From: an uncultured Chloroflexia bacterium
GTDB lineage: Bacteria; Chloroflexota; Anaerolineae; CG2-30-64-16
Reading direction: 5' to 3'
Assembly: GCA_963810095.1 (NCBI GenBank)
Contig: CAWEMM010000014.1
Coordinates: 160,001-224,000, forward strand
Length of the DNA stretch: 64,000 bases
Of the stretch, positions 1 through 10,998 are shown piece after piece. The notes beneath the pieces are model-generated. The model was given only the letters and a program-made list of their open reading frames with translations, searched no databases and was not told where the DNA came from. The position numbers and the translations under genes are program-made. Every line of letters starts with the position of its first letter. The stretch's first letter is position 1.

Positions 1-695
<695 letters not shown>

Positions 696-703
696 CTAGG
701 ATT

Positions 704-733
704 GTAGGGGCAGACCAAACAGGTTGCCCCTAC
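704..733. repeat. GTAG-type REP-like palindrome (family C)
   Basis: GTAGGGGCA...TGCCCCTAC inverted repeat; related copies at 7718 and 14542. Confidence 0.7.
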
Positions 734-752
734 CTCTGTGCCTGGAGGCATA

Positions 753-1061
753 ATGGCTAAGAATCGTATTCGCATCCGGCTGAAGGCGTTCGATCATCGG
801 GTGCTCGATGACTCCGTACGCAAGATCGTGGACGCGGCAGAGCGCACCGGCGCCGCCGTCGTCGGGCCGATCCCGCTGCCGACGCGGATCGAGAAGTTCA
901 CCGTGAACCGCTCGCCGTTCATCGACAAGGACAGCCGGGAGCAGTTCGAGGTGCGGACGCACAAGCGCCTGATCGACGTGATGGACCCGGGCCCCAAGAC
1001 GATCGAGAACCTGACCCGTCTCGACCTGCCTGCGGGCGTGGATATCGAAATCAAGCTGTAA
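753..1061 (+). CDS. rpsJ: 30S ribosomal protein S10
   Basis: [11 protein letters not shown]...GPIPLPT...SREQFE; GGAGG SD before ATG 753. Confidence 0.98.
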   Translation: MAKNRIRIRLKAFDHRVLDDSVRKIVDAAERTGAAVVGPIPLPTRIEKFTVNRSPFIDKDSREQFEVRTHKRLIDVMDPGPKTIENLTRLDLPAGVDIEIKL

Positions 1062-1149
1062 ATGGGACGCAGGTTGAACTGGTCGAACTGAGCTAGTCCT
1101 TGTTCCAGGTGCTGAGAACCAGTCTGGTCAGTTAAATCAGCGTACTATT
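1061..1149. repeat. ~90 bp palindromic interspersed element (family B) copy 1
   Basis: Ends AATGGGACGC / GCGTACTATT, internal GAACTG-like subrepeats. Confidence 0.8.
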
Positions 1150-1244
1150 CCGGCCATCGCAAGCTCCGCTTGCACGGGATGATGCGGCTCTCCAGCCACA
1201 AAGTGGCGCCCCCGGAGAGTCTCGACAGTCCCAAGGAGGAAATT

Positions 1245-1884
1245 GTGAAGGGTATTTTGGGCCGCAAGGTGGGCATGACACAGTTGCTCACCGGCCGTGG
1301 GACAGTCGTTCCTGTCACCGTCATCGAGGCAGGTCCCTGCTTCGTCACACTCATCAAGACGCTCGAGAAGGACGGCTACACCGCCGTGCAGCTCGGCTAC
1401 GGCGAGACCAAGCCCCGCCGCTTGACGAAGGGCCAGGTCGGCCATCTGCGCCATCGCAACGCCAATTTGCCGACGTTGCGCGTTTTGCGCGAGATCCGCA
1501 TGAAGAGTGCCGAGGACTTCGCGGTGGGCCAGAAGCTGCTGGCCGATGTCTTTGAGGCCGGCGAGCGCGTCGACGTCAAGGGCGTTTCCAAGGGTCGTGG
1601 CTTCCAGGGCGGCGTCCGCCGGCATGGTTTCCACGGCGGCCCCCGCACGCACGGTCAGTCGGACCGTTTGCGCGCACCGGGCGCTTCGAGCTCGGGCACC
1701 ACGCCGGGCCGCATCTACAAGGGCAAGAAGATGGCCGGCCACATGGGCAACGCGCCCGGTCACCGTCTCCAATCTGCGGGTTGAGCTCGTGGACCCGGCC
1801 CGCAATTTGCTGGCAGTGCGCGGCGCAGTGCCGGGCGCCCGCGGTGGCCTCGTGGTCATCACGGAAGCACGGAAGCAGGGGTGA
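1245..1884 (+). CDS. rplC: 50S ribosomal protein L3, frameshift near 1755
   Basis: [12 protein letters not shown]...SKGRGFQG...GKKMAGHMG then VTVSNLRV...VRGAVPG in another frame; GTG start after AAGGAGG. Confidence 0.96.
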
Positions 1885-1888
1885 TTCG

Positions 1889-2512
1889 ATGCTAGTTCCA
1901 GTCATTAATTTGGCCGGTCAGAAGGTCGGCCAGGTCGAGCTTTCCGACACCCTGTTCTCCGCGCCTGTCAACGAACCGCTGATGCACCAGGCGCTCGTGC
2001 GCCAGCTGGCCAACGCCCGCCTGGGCACGGCCAAGGTGAAGGGCCGCAGCGAGGTTGCCGGCGGCGGTCGCAAGCCGTGGAAGCAAAAGGGCACCGGCCG
2101 GGCGCGCCAGGGTTCGACCCGGGCGGCGCAGTGGCGCGGCGGCGGCATCATCTTTGGGCCCACCCCGCGTTCTACGAACAGAAGATGCCGCGGCAGATGC
2201 GCCGCGCCGCCATTCGCTCCGCCCTGACCGTCAAGGCCATGGAAGAGCGTGTGGTCGTCCTCGATGCGCTGACCGCGAACGAGACCACGAAGACCCGCGA
2301 CATGGCGCAGGCCATGGCGAAGGTTGTGCCGGCGGGCCGGGCACTGGTGCTGATGGCCGAGGCGAACGAGAATGTCGACGCGTTCGGCCAGCAACATCGC
2401 CAATGTCAAGCTGCTGCGGGCCGGTTACCTGAACATGCGCGATCTGCTGGACTGCGATTACCTCGTGATCCCCCAGGATGCGCTGCCGGTGCTCGAGGGC
2501 GTGTTGAGCTGA
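1889..2512 (+). CDS. rplD: 50S ribosomal protein L4, frameshifts near 2170 and 2385
   Basis: [19 protein letters not shown]...GGGIIFGP, continued in two further frames to TGA 2512. Confidence 0.95.
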
Positions 2513-2602
2513 ATGGGACGCCGATTGAACTGATTGGACTGATCTGCCTGATCTCCAAGAGATCATGAAGCTCAGTCTGGTCAGTCAGATCAGCGTGCTA
2601 TT
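2512..2602. repeat. Family B element copy 2
   Basis: AATGGGACGC...GCGTGCTATT; core CTGATCTCCAAGAGATCATGAAG similar to the copy at 30094. Confidence 0.8.
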
Positions 2603-2622
2603 CCGAATGAGGAGTTGCACAG

Positions 2623-2913
2623 ATGCATGTTTATGACATTCTCAAGCGCCCGGTCGTGACCGAAAAGAGCAACGCGCAAGCGGGTGCGGAAAACCAGTAC
2701 ACGTTCGAAGTCGACAAGCGCGCGAACAAGATGCAGGTCAAGGATGCAGTCGAGACGGCGTTCAACGTCACGGTGTTGGAAGTCAACATCATCAACATCC
2801 AGCCCAAGTACGGCCGAGTCGGTCGCGCAACGGTCATCAAGAAGGCCGGCATGAAGAAGGCCGTGGTGACGCTGGCCCCGGGGAACACGATCCAGTTCTT
2901 CGAGGGTGTGTGA
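2623..2913 (+). CDS. rplW: 50S ribosomal protein L23
   Basis: PVVTEKS...YTFEVD...KKAVVTL; synteny. Confidence 0.97.
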   Translation: MHVYDILKRPVVTEKSNAQAGAENQYTFEVDKRANKMQVKDAVETAFNVTVLEVNIINIQPKYGRVGRATVIKKAGMKKAVVTLAPGNTIQFFEGV

Positions 2914-3009
2914 GTTTTCGCTTGCCGCGCTGCCGAGGCAGCGCGCAAGCGAAAACTGTGCAGGCAGGCGGCAAGGACGGCAAGAGTATCGCCTGCCCCG
3001 GCGCCTGAT

Positions 3010-3034
3010 GAGCATCCTGAGCGAAGTCGAAGGA
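3010..3034. repeat. 25 bp repeat GAGCATCCTGAGCG(A/C)AGTCGAAGGA (family D)
   Basis: 24/25 identical to 10929..10953. Confidence 0.75.
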
Positions 3035-3125
3035 CTTCACATCGAGATGCGCCATCACGAAGCGAGCGCCGGTTAGTTTGCGAGGTCACGTCAAGCGTGA
3101 CACGCAATTTGCCACAGGAGACTAA

Positions 3126-3956
3126 ATGGCTATCAAGGTCTACAAGCCCACGTCGGCCGGGCGTCGCGGCATGAGTGTCTCGACGTTTGAGGAGATCACC
3201 CGGTCGACCCCTGAGCGCTCCTTGCTGCGCCCCCTGCGCGAACATGCAGGCCGCAACAATCAGGGCCGCGTCACCGTGCGCCACCAGGGCGGCGGTCACA
3301 AGCGCATGTATCGCTTGATCGACTTCCGCCGCGACAAGCACGGCATTCCGGCGCGCGTCGTCTCGATCGAGTACGATCCGAATCGGTCGGCCCGCATCGC
3401 GCTGCTGAACTACGCGGACGGCGAGAAGCGCTACATTCTGGCCCCCGTGGGCCTGAAGGTCGGCGCCCAGCTCATGTCTGGCCCCGAGGCTGAGGTTCGG
3501 GTCGGCAATGCGCTGCCTCTGCGCAACATCCCGTTGGGCACCGTCGTGCACAACGTCGAGTTGCAGCCAGGTCGTGGCGGCCAGATGGCTCGCTCGGCCG
3601 GCGTCGGCGCGCAGGTGCTGGCGAAGGAAGGCGACTACGCCCAGTTGCGCCTGCCCTCCGGTGAGGTGCGTCGCGTTCCGATGGTCTGCCTGGCAACCAT
3701 TGGCCAGGTCGGCAATACCGATCACGCGAACCTGAACCTGGGCAAGGCCGGCCGCAAGCGCTGGCTCGGCATCCGGCCGACCGTGCGCGGCACCGCGCAG
3801 GATCCGAATTCGCACCCGCATGGTGGTGGTGAAGGCCGCTCGCCGGTGGGTATGCCTGGTCCCAAGACCCCGTGGGGCAAGCCCGCGCAGGGTTACAAGA
3901 CCCGCAAGAATAAGCGCACCGAGAAGTTTATCGTGCGCCGCCGCGGCAAGAAGTAG
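3126..3956 (+). CDS. rplB: 50S ribosomal protein L2
   Basis: [39 protein letters not shown]. Confidence 0.99.
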   Translation: MAIKVYKPTSAGRRGMSVSTFEEITRSTPERSLLRPLREHAGRNNQGRVTVRHQGGGHKRMYRLIDFRRDKHGIPARVVSIEYDPNRSARIALLNYADGEKRYILAPVGLKVGAQLMSGPEAEVRVGNALPLRNIPLGTVVHNVELQPGRGGQMARSAGVGAQVLAKEGDYAQLRLPSGEVRRVPMVCLATIGQVGNTDHANLNLGKAGRKRWLGIRPTVRGTAQDPNSHPHGGGEGRSPVGMPGPKTPWGKPAQGYKTRKNKRTEKFIVRRRGKK

Positions 3957-3969
3957 GGGGACTTGAGGA

Positions 3970-4248
3970 ATGAGCCGATCGCTTAAAAAGGGCCCATACG
4001 TACAGAACAAGCTGCTGAAGAAGGTCGAGGCCATGAACCGGACCGGCAAGAAGACGGTCATCAAGACTTGGTCCCGCGCTTCGACGGTCTTCCCGCAGAT
4101 GGTTGGTCATACGATCGCGATCCATGACGGGCGCCGCCATGTGCCGATCTACATTGCGGAAAACATGGTCGGCCACAAGTTGGGCGAGTTCGCACCCACC
4201 CGGTTCTTCCGCGGGCACGTTCGCAGCGAAAAGAAGAGCTCGAGGTGA
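3970..4248 (+). CDS. rpsS: 30S ribosomal protein S19
   Basis: MSRSLKKGP...[13 protein letters not shown]. Confidence 0.99.
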   Translation: MSRSLKKGPYVQNKLLKKVEAMNRTGKKTVIKTWSRASTVFPQMVGHTIAIHDGRRHVPIYIAENMVGHKLGEFAPTRFFRGHVRSEKKSSR

Positions 4249-4252
4249 TGTG

Positions 4253-4591
4253 ATGGAAGCGCGAGCGGTTACTAAGTACACGGGCATTTCGCCCCAAAAG
4301 ACCCGCTGGGTCATCGACCAGGTGCGCGGGATGCAGGCCGAGCAGGCCCTGGCCCTGCTGCGCTACATGCGGCAGTCCGCGGCCGAGCCGGTTGCCAAGA
4401 CCATCGCGTCGGCGCTGGCCAACGCGGAAGAGAACCTGGGCCTGGCCCGCGAGGACATGTACATCCAGACGATCATGGCGGATGGCGCTCCCTTGCGCCG
4501 CTGGCGCCGGTTCGGTGCGCGCGGCCGGTTCAAGCCGATCATTCGGCGGTCGTCGCACATTACCGTCGTTCTCGAAGAACGCGGCGCTTGA
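4253..4591 (+). CDS. rplV: 50S ribosomal protein L22
   Basis: ISPQKTR...SALANAEEN...RSSHITVVL. Confidence 0.97.
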   Translation: MEARAVTKYTGISPQKTRWVIDQVRGMQAEQALALLRYMRQSAAEPVAKTIASALANAEENLGLAREDMYIQTIMADGAPLRRWRRFGARGRFKPIIRRSSHITVVLEERGA

Positions 4592-4612
4592 TAGGTATAA
4601 GGAGAGACATAC

Positions 4613-5257
4613 ATGGGTCGAAAAGTCCATCCCATTGGTTTTCGCCTGGGTACCACAGAAAGCCATCGCTCTCGCTGGTATGCCGAGGGCAAGGAATATA
4701 CCAACCTGGTCGCTGAGGACCGCCGGATCCGCAAGATGGTGTTGACCAACTTGCCGGAGGCGCAGATCTCCCGCGTGGACATCGAGCGTTTCCCGCCCAA
4801 CCAGATCCGCATTACCGTCCATTCGGCGAAGCCGGGTGTCATCATCGGTCGCAAGGGCGCCACGGTCAACCAGTTGCGCGGCGACCTGCAGAACGCCACC
4901 GGCAAGCGCGTCAAGCTGGACATCGCCGAGATCGACAAGCCCGAGCTCGATTCCTTCCTGGTAGCTCGCAGCATCGCCGATCAGCTGGGCCGGCGCATTT
5001 CGCACAAGCGGGCCATGAAGCAGGCCGTGCTCCGCGCTCTCAAGAGCGGCGCGCAGGGCTGCATGATTCGCTGTGGCGGTCGCCTGGCCGGGTCTGAAAT
5101 GGCCCGCGTCGAAACCGTGCGTGAGGGCCGGGTTCCCCGCCATACGCTGCGTGCGGAAATCGACTATGCCAAGGAAGAGGCGCTGACCACCTTTGGCCGG
5201 ATCGGCATCAAGGTCTGGATCTACAAGGGCGAGCGTCTCCCGGGTGCTGAGGCGTAG
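4613..5257 (+). CDS. rpsC: 30S ribosomal protein S3
   Basis: [13 protein letters not shown]...[14 protein letters not shown]. Confidence 0.99.
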   Translation: MGRKVHPIGFRLGTTESHRSRWYAEGKEYTNLVAEDRRIRKMVLTNLPEAQISRVDIERFPPNQIRITVHSAKPGVIIGRKGATVNQLRGDLQNATGKRVKLDIAEIDKPELDSFLVARSIADQLGRRISHKRAMKQAVLRALKSGAQGCMIRCGGRLAGSEMARVETVREGRVPRHTLRAEIDYAKEEALTTFGRIGIKVWIYKGERLPGAEA

Positions 5258-5268
5258 GAGTCTTTACC

Positions 5269-5691
5269 ATGTTAATGCCTAAGCGTGTTAAGTATCGCAA
5301 GCAGCACCGTGGGCGGCGCGCCGGCCTGGCGACCCGAGGCAATGAAGTCAGCTTCGGCGAGTTCGGCCTCCAGGCACTTGGTGCATGCTGGATGAACAGC
5401 CGCCAGATCGAAGCGGCTCGTCGCGCGATCGTGCGCTACCTGCGCCGCGGCGGTAAGCTGTGGATTCGTGTATTCCCGGACCACCCGGTCACCAAGCGGC
5501 CGGCCGAAACCCGTATGGGTGGCGGCAAGGGCGCGGTGGAGTACTGGGCGGCCGTGGTTAAGCCCGGCCTGATGTTGTTCGAAGTGGCCGGCGTTACCGA
5601 GGAAGAGGCCCGCGAGGCGATGCGTTTGGCATCGCACAAGCTGCCGATCCCGGTGCAGTTCGTTCGTCGCGAACTGGGGGAGCAAGCCTAA
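5269..5691 (+). CDS. rplP: 50S ribosomal protein L16
   Basis: [15 protein letters not shown]...ETRMGGGKG. Confidence 0.99.
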   Translation: MLMPKRVKYRKQHRGRRAGLATRGNEVSFGEFGLQALGACWMNSRQIEAARRAIVRYLRRGGKLWIRVFPDHPVTKRPAETRMGGGKGAVEYWAAVVKPGLMLFEVAGVTEEEAREAMRLASHKLPIPVQFVRRELGEQA

Positions 5692-5692
5692 G

Positions 5693-5902
5693 ATGACGCG
5701 CGCAAGTGAAATTCGTGGTTTGGGCGTGGCCGAAGTGGCCCGCAAACTGGACGAGGCGCATCAGGAGCTGTTCAACCTCCGGTTCCAGTATTCGACTGGG
5801 CAGCTCAAGAACACGGCTCGGTTGAGCGAGGTCAAGCATGAAATCGCCCGGCTGCGCACGGTGCTGCGCGAGCACGAACTGGCCGCGGCCCGAGGAGAAT
5901 AA
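5693..5902 (+). CDS. rpmC: 50S ribosomal protein L29
   Basis: ELFNLRFQ...IARLRTVLRE. Confidence 0.96.
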   Translation: MTRASEIRGLGVAEVARKLDEAHQELFNLRFQYSTGQLKNTARLSEVKHEIARLRTVLREHELAAARGE

Positions 5903-5905
5903 GAG

Positions 5906-6247
5906 ATGACTAACGAAGCACAGGCGGCACAGGGTGCCGTTGGCTCGGGCCGGACCACGACGCACAAGACCCTGGTCGGCAAGGTGGTCAGCAACAAGAT
6001 GCAGAAGACCGTCGTGGTCGAGGTCGAGCGCACGCGCCGGCACCCGCTGTACGGCAAGGTCATCCGCGTGCACAAGAACTACAAGGCGCACGACGAGAAC
6101 AACGAGTGCAAGGTCGGCGACCAGGTTCGTATCGTCGAGTCGCGGCCCTACAGCAAGGACAAGCATTTCCGGGTTGAGGCCATCCTGAACCGCGCGGCCC
6201 AGATCGACAAGGCGCCCTTGACGGCGTCGCCCGACGTAGAGGGGTGA
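5906..6247 (+). CDS. rpsQ: 30S ribosomal protein S17
   Basis: [14 protein letters not shown]...HPLYGK...AHDE. Confidence 0.97.
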   Translation: MTNEAQAAQGAVGSGRTTTHKTLVGKVVSNKMQKTVVVEVERTRRHPLYGKVIRVHKNYKAHDENNECKVGDQVRIVESRPYSKDKHFRVEAILNRAAQIDKAPLTASPDVEG

Positions 6248-6251
6248 GGCG

Positions 6252-6620
6252 ATGATTCAGCAGGAAAGCCGGCTCAAGGTTGCCGATAACACCGGCGCCA
6301 AGGAAATTCTCTGCATCCGGGTCATGGGCGGCTCCATGCGCCGGTACGCGCACCTCGGCGATGTCATCATCGCCACGGTGAAGCAGGCTGCGCCCAACGG
6401 CGCAGTCAAGGAAGGCGACGTCGTGCGCGCGGTGGTGGTTCGCACCACCTACCCGCACAAGCGGGCCGATGGCTCGTCGATCCGTTTCGACGACAACGCA
6501 GCCGTAATCATCGACCAGATGCGCGCCCCTCGTGGCACCCGCATCTTTGGGCCGGTGGCTCGTGAGCTGCGCGACCGCGGTTACATGCGCATCGTGTCGC
6601 TCGCGCCCGAAGTGCTGTAG
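6252..6620 (+). CDS. rplN: 50S ribosomal protein L14
   Basis: VADNTGAK...[12 protein letters not shown]...SLAPEVL. Confidence 0.99.
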   Translation: MIQQESRLKVADNTGAKEILCIRVMGGSMRRYAHLGDVIIATVKQAAPNGAVKEGDVVRAVVVRTTYPHKRADGSSIRFDDNAAVIIDQMRAPRGTRIFGPVARELRDRGYMRIVSLAPEVL

Positions 6621-6622
6621 GG

Positions 6623-6655
6623 AGAAACCAGGTTTCTCCGAGAAACCTGGTTTCT
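6623..6655. repeat. REP-like doublet AGAAACCnGGTTTCT-N3-AGAAACCnGGTTTCT (family A) copy 1
   Basis: Two 15 bp near-palindromes 3 nt apart; 8 copies in the window. Confidence 0.9.
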
Positions 6656-6678
6656 TGGGGAGCTGGAGTGGAGCAACA

Positions 6679-7038
6679 ATGAACATCAGAAAAGGCGATA
6701 AGGTCGTAGTGATTTCGGGCGATGACAGCGGCAGCCAGGGCGAAGTCCAGCGCGTGATGCGCGCCAAGTGGGGCAAGGGCCGCAAGGCCGGCCAGCGCAA
6801 GTCATCGGCCGACCGGGTCGTGGTCGCAGGCATCAACCTGGTCAAGAAGCACCAGCGGCGCACCGGCAACGTCAACACCCAGTTCGGCATCATCGAGCGC
6901 GAAGCGCCGTTGCACATCTCGAACGTCATGTTGATCTGCCCGAAGTGTGGCAAGCCCACCCGGGTGGGCCATGTGATTCATGCCGACGGCAGCCGCTCCC
7001 GCGCCTGCAAGAAGTGCGGCGACGTAATGGACGCATAA
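6679..7038 (+). CDS. rplX: 50S ribosomal protein L24
   Basis: IRKGDKVVVISG...EAPLHISNV; CxxC...CxxC tail. Confidence 0.96.
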   Translation: MNIRKGDKVVVISGDDSGSQGEVQRVMRAKWGKGRKAGQRKSSADRVVVAGINLVKKHQRRTGNVNTQFGIIEREAPLHISNVMLICPKCGKPTRVGHVIHADGSRSRACKKCGDVMDA

Positions 7039-7175
7039 CCTCGCCCCCACCACCCGGCACTGCCAGCGGCAGGCGCAGGGTGCAGGCGAGGTTGCCCGTA
7101 AGGGCAAGTCCGGATCAGGGTTGCGCCAAGCGCCACCGGCGCGAGTAACCCTGTATAGGATAGGAGTAAGCAGAA

Positions 7176-7721
7176 ATGGCAATGCCAAGATTGGCGGAAC
7201 GGTACCGCACCGAAGTTGTGCCCGCGCTCGAGAAGGAGTTCGGCTACAAGAACATCATGCAGGTGCCGAAAATCGAAAAGGTCGTCCTGAACATCGGCAT
7301 GGGCGAGGCGCTCACCAACGCCAAGAGCCTCGACGCCGCTGCGGGTGACCTCACGGCCATCGCGGGCCAGAAGCCCGTCTTCACCAAGGCGAAGAAGTCC
7401 ATCGCGAACTTCAAGCTGCGCGAGGGCAACACGATCGGCGTGACCGTGACCCTGCGCCACGAGCGCATGTGGAGCTTTCTCGACCGCTTGATGAACATCG
7501 CCCTGCCGCGCTTGCGCGACTTCCGGGGCATCAACCCCGATGCGTTCGACGGTCATGGCAATTATAGCCTGGGCTTGCGGGAGCAGCTGCTGTTCCCCGA
7601 GATCCATTATGAAAAGGTCGACAAGATTCGCGGCATGGCCGTGACGGTCGTCACGACGGCGAAGACGGACGAAGAGGGCCGGCGGCTGCTGCAGCTGATG
7701 GGCATGCCGTTCCGCAAGTAG
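7176..7721 (+). CDS. rplE: 50S ribosomal protein L5
   Basis: [12 protein letters not shown]...[10 protein letters not shown]...[10 protein letters not shown]. Confidence 0.99.
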   Translation: MAMPRLAERYRTEVVPALEKEFGYKNIMQVPKIEKVVLNIGMGEALTNAKSLDAAAGDLTAIAGQKPVFTKAKKSIANFKLREGNTIGVTVTLRHERMWSFLDRLMNIALPRLRDFRGINPDAFDGHGNYSLGLREQLLFPEIHYEKVDKIRGMAVTVVTTAKTDEEGRRLLQLMGMPFRK

Positions 7722-7742
7722 GGGCGACCCTGCGTGGTCGCC
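7718..7742. repeat. GTAG-type REP-like hairpin (family C)
   Basis: GTAGGGGCGACC-CTGCGT-GGTCGCC overlapping the rplE stop. Confidence 0.6.
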
Positions 7743-7762
7743 TTCCGTAGGGAGGAAATTCT

Positions 7763-7945
7763 GTGGCAAAGACGTGTATGCCGATCCGGGAGCAGCGCCG
7801 CAAGTATGTAGTCCGCGTACGCAATCGCTGCAGCATCTGCAGCCGTCCGCGCGGGTACATGCGCCGGTTTGATCTGTGCCGTGTGTGCTTCCGCGAACAG
7901 GCGCTCAAGGGCAATCTGCCCGGCGTCGTGAAGTCGAGCTGGTAG
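7763..7945 (+). CDS. rpsZ: 30S ribosomal protein S14 type Z (zinc-binding)
   Basis: 60 aa, [10 protein letters not shown]...LCRVCFRE...PGVVKSSW. Confidence 0.96.
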   Translation: MAKTCMPIREQRRKYVVRVRNRCSICSRPRGYMRRFDLCRVCFREQALKGNLPGVVKSSW

Positions 7946-8090
7946 TCTCCTGCTGCTGGTTTCGGCGAAACGAGCAGAGACAAGAGAGACCCGGAATACG
8001 GAATCCCGCGCTGCGAAACCGCTAACGCCAGCAAGCTGGCGCCTGGGCCAGGTCGCAAGCGACGGGTGATCCGAATCCAAGGAGTTCAAA

Positions 8091-8486
8091 ATGATCAGTG
8101 ATCCGATTGCCGACATGCTGACTCGTATCCGCAACGGCGCCCTGGTCCGGCACAAGCAGGTGGTCGTGCCTGGTTCCAAGGTTAAGCTGGCGATTGCTCG
8201 TATCCTGAAGGACGAAGGGTTCATCAAGGACTTCGAAGTCACCAAGGACGAGCCCCAGGCCCAGTTGCGTCTGGTTTTGAAGTATGACCGCGACCGCAAG
8301 TCCATCATCACCGGCATGCAGCGGGTCAGCCGGCCCGGGCGGCGAGTCTATGTCAAGCGCACCAGTATCCCGTGGGTCCTCAGTGGCCTCGGGGTCGCCA
8401 TCCTGAGCACGCCGCAAGGCATCATGACGGACCACAAGGCCCGCCGGCTCGGATTGGGCGGCGAGGTGCTCGCCTACATCTGGTAG
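8091..8486 (+). CDS. rpsH: 30S ribosomal protein S8
   Basis: DPIADMLTRIRN...SRPGRRVY...GGEVL. Confidence 0.99.
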   Translation: MISDPIADMLTRIRNGALVRHKQVVVPGSKVKLAIARILKDEGFIKDFEVTKDEPQAQLRLVLKYDRDRKSIITGMQRVSRPGRRVYVKRTSIPWVLSGLGVAILSTPQGIMTDHKARRLGLGGEVLAYIW

Positions 8487-8503
8487 GGTTAGGAGGCAGG
8501 ACT

Positions 8504-9067
8504 GTGTCGCGTATTGGTAAAATGCCGGTTGCGCTGCCGAACGGCGTGAGCGTGACGGTGAGTGATAGCAATTTCATCACTGTGAAGGGCCCGAAGGGAC
8601 AGCTCGAGCAGCAGTTCCCGGCGGAAATGTCCTTCGCAGTGGAAGCGGGTCAGGTCTGTGTGACGCGACCGACCGATGCCAAGAACCACAGGGCGCTGCA
8701 CGGCCTCAGCCGCGCGCTCCTGAACAACATGGTGACGGGCGTGAACACCGGCTTCAAGCGGGTGCTCGAGGTCGAAGGCGTGGGTTACCGTGCCGGCGTG
8801 ATGGGCAAGAATCTCGTCGTCATCGTGGGCTATTCGCACCCGGTCGAGGTCGTGCCGCCGCCCGGTATCAACTTTGAGGTCGACAAGACCGGCCGGCAGA
8901 TCACGGTGACCGGGATCGACAAGCAGGTCGTCGGCCAGATGGCCGCACAAATTCACGATTTGCGTCCGCCAGAGCCGTACAAGGGCAAGGGCGTGCGCTA
9001 TCAGGGTGAGAAGATCCGCCAGAAGGCCGGCAAGAGCGGTAAGGTCGGCGGCAAGGGCAAGAAGTAG
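8504..9067 (+). CDS. rplF: 50S ribosomal protein L6
   Basis: SRIGK...VKGPKG...PEPYKGKGVRY; GTG start after AGGAGG. Confidence 0.98.
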   Translation: MSRIGKMPVALPNGVSVTVSDSNFITVKGPKGQLEQQFPAEMSFAVEAGQVCVTRPTDAKNHRALHGLSRALLNNMVTGVNTGFKRVLEVEGVGYRAGVMGKNLVVIVGYSHPVEVVPPPGINFEVDKTGRQITVTGIDKQVVGQMAAQIHDLRPPEPYKGKGVRYQGEKIRQKAGKSGKVGGKGKK

Positions 9068-9187
9068 CCTGCGTGAGTGCTTCGGCCCACACAACCGCAA
9101 GTTGTGCCGAAGCCTTGCGCACCATTCGAGAGGGCTACTCTTTACGAGAGGGCCTCACAGTGAGGGCCCTCTGACGAGGTAACTGCA

Positions 9188-9553
9188 ATGGCCGATAACT
9201 CGAGTTTGGAAGCTCGGAAACGCCGACATGAGCGCATTCGCCGGCACCTGCACGGCACGGCCGATCGCCCGCGTCTCAATGTGTTCCGCAGTCTGGACCA
9301 TATCTACGTCCAGGTAATCGACGATGACTTGGGCAACACGCTGGTCGCCGCGTCGACGGTCGACCCCGAGTTGCGCGAACAGCTGGACGGTTTGAACAAG
9401 TCTCAGCAGGCGACCCGCGTTGGCCAGTTGGTGGCAAGGCGAGCGCTCGACAAGGGGCTGAAGAAAGTCGTGTTCGACCGCGGTGGGTATCCATACCACG
9501 GCCGCGTGAAGGCACTGGCCGACGGCGCGCGCGAAGGCGGGCTGGAGTTCTAG
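9188..9553 (+). CDS. rplR: 50S ribosomal protein L18
   Basis: RPRLNVFRS...[13 protein letters not shown]. Confidence 0.98.
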   Translation: MADNSSLEARKRRHERIRRHLHGTADRPRLNVFRSLDHIYVQVIDDDLGNTLVAASTVDPELREQLDGLNKSQQATRVGQLVARRALDKGLKKVVFDRGGYPYHGRVKALADGAREGGLEF

Positions 9554-9562
9554 GAGGACTTG

Positions 9563-10237
9563 ATGCCAGGCAATCAACGAAATCAGTCGGCCGGCAGGCC
9601 GGGTCAAGGTGGGCCGAATCGGCAAGGTCCTCGGTCCGATGGCGGCCAGGGCGGCCAGGGTGGTCAGGGCCGCGATGGCCGCGATCGCCGCGGCCGGCCG
9701 CCGCGCGAGCAGGACGAACGTGAGCAGCTCGACGAGCGTGTGGTCCACGTGGCCCGCACGTCGAAGGTGCTGAAGGGCGGCCGTCGCTTCGCCTTCCGGG
9801 CCGTCGTGGTCGTTGGCGACAACCACGGCCAGGTCGGCTTCGGCGTGGGCAAGGCCCGCGAAGTGCCGGAAGCGGTGCGCAAGGCTTCGGAGCATGCGCG
9901 CAAGAACATGCAGCGCATCCCGATGGCCGGCACCACGATCCCGCACATCGCATTGGGCGACTTCAGCGCGGCCAAGGTCCTGCTGCGGCCGGCCTCGCCG
10001 GGCACCGGCGTCATTGCGGGCGGCGGCGTGCGCGCCGTGCTTGAGGCGGCGGGCATCCGCGACATCCTGACCAAGAGCCAGGGCAGCGCGAACATGCTGA
10101 ACGTGGTCGCCGCGACCTTTAAGGCGCTCGCAGCCCTGAAGGACCCTGAGGAAGAAGCGAAGCGCCGCGGGCGGCCGGTTGAGGCTCTCACGCCCCACTG
10201 GCTCCGGGGAGGTAAAGATGCAGAACAGCAGCAGTAA
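9563..10237 (+). CDS. rpsE: 30S ribosomal protein S5 with G/Q/R-rich N-terminal extension
   Basis: [11 protein letters not shown]...GTGVIAGG. Confidence 0.97.
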   Translation: MPGNQRNQSAGRPGQGGPNRQGPRSDGGQGGQGGQGRDGRDRRGRPPREQDEREQLDERVVHVARTSKVLKGGRRFAFRAVVVVGDNHGQVGFGVGKAREVPEAVRKASEHARKNMQRIPMAGTTIPHIALGDFSAAKVLLRPASPGTGVIAGGGVRAVLEAAGIRDILTKSQGSANMLNVVAATFKALAALKDPEEEAKRRGRPVEALTPHWLRGGKDAEQQQ

Positions 10238-10442
10238 CCAGCCGGGCGCCAGCTCGACGAAGCGACTGCGGGTTACCTACTCCACGAGCTCCATCGGCGT
10301 CGAGTACGACCAGAAGGACACCGTGCGCCGGCTGGGCCTGCGCAAGCTGGGCCGCACCGTCGAGCTGCCGGATTCGCCGGCAGTGCGCGGGATGCTCCAC
10401 AAGGTGCGCCACCTGGTGACCGTCGAAGAGGTCGAGGCGTAA
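10218..10442 (+). CDS. rpmD: 50S ribosomal protein L30
   Basis: SSIG...TVRRLGLRK...[13 protein letters not shown]; GGAGGT SD. Confidence 0.94.
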   Translation: MQNSSSNQPGASSTKRLRVTYSTSSIGVEYDQKDTVRRLGLRKLGRTVELPDSPAVRGMLHKVRHLVTVEEVEA

Positions 10443-10443
10443 G

Positions 10444-10896
10444 ATGAAGCAGCATGATGTGATGCCCGCTCCGGGCTCGAATAAGAAGAAGACTCGCTCC
10501 GGTCGCGGCATCTCCGCGGGCCGCGGCAAGACCGCGGGTCGGGGCACCAAGGGTCAGAATTCACGCTCTGGCGGGTCGAAGCGCCCGTACTTCGAAGGTG
10601 GCCAGCTGCCCCTCGTGCGGCGTCTGCCGCACCTCGGCGGGTTCAAGAACCGCTGGCGCATCGAGTATGCGCCGGTCAACCTGGAACGCCTGAACGTGTT
10701 CGCGACGGGCACGGAAGTCGATCCCGAGATGATGGCCGCGGCCGGCGTGATTAAGTCGCCCGCGAAGCCGGTGAAGATCCTGGGCGATGGCGACCTGACC
10801 GTGGCCTTGACCGTCAAGGCGCACAAGTTCTCCGCATCGGCGCGCGAGAAGATCCAGGCCGCTGGCGGCTCGGTCGAAGAGCTCGCGCTGGAATGA
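10444..10896 (+). CDS. rplO: 50S ribosomal protein L15
   Basis: [11 protein letters not shown]...[12 protein letters not shown]. Confidence 0.98.
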   Translation: MKQHDVMPAPGSNKKKTRSGRGISAGRGKTAGRGTKGQNSRSGGSKRPYFEGGQLPLVRRLPHLGGFKNRWRIEYAPVNLERLNVFATGTEVDPEMMAAAGVIKSPAKPVKILGDGDLTVALTVKAHKFSASAREKIQAAGGSVEELALE

Positions 10897-10904
10897 TCGT
10901 ATTA

Positions 10905-10986
10905 GCCACAGAGGGCGCAGAGCTTGAAGAGCATCCTGAGCGCAGTCGAAGGATGTCATGCTCGGAGTCCTCTGTGACCTCGTGGC
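10905..10986. repeat. GCCAC-terminated palindrome (family E) with a nested family D repeat at 10929..10953
   Basis: GCCACAGAGGGCGCAGAG...CTCTGTGACCTCGTGGC; related ends at 15035..15096 and 16990..17031. Confidence 0.6.
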
Positions 10987-10998
10987 AAGGAGCTAAAC

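Noticed and set aside
2631-4064. Long antisense ORFs (also 11002..12417, 27918..29222, 45547..47070, 54863..56509)
   Set aside because: Shadow ORFs opposite well-identified genes, expected in high-GC DNA
6532-6678. EKPGF-containing N-terminal extensions of ORFs (also 26591 and 55218)
   Set aside because: These are translations of family A repeats; SD-supported starts lie downstream
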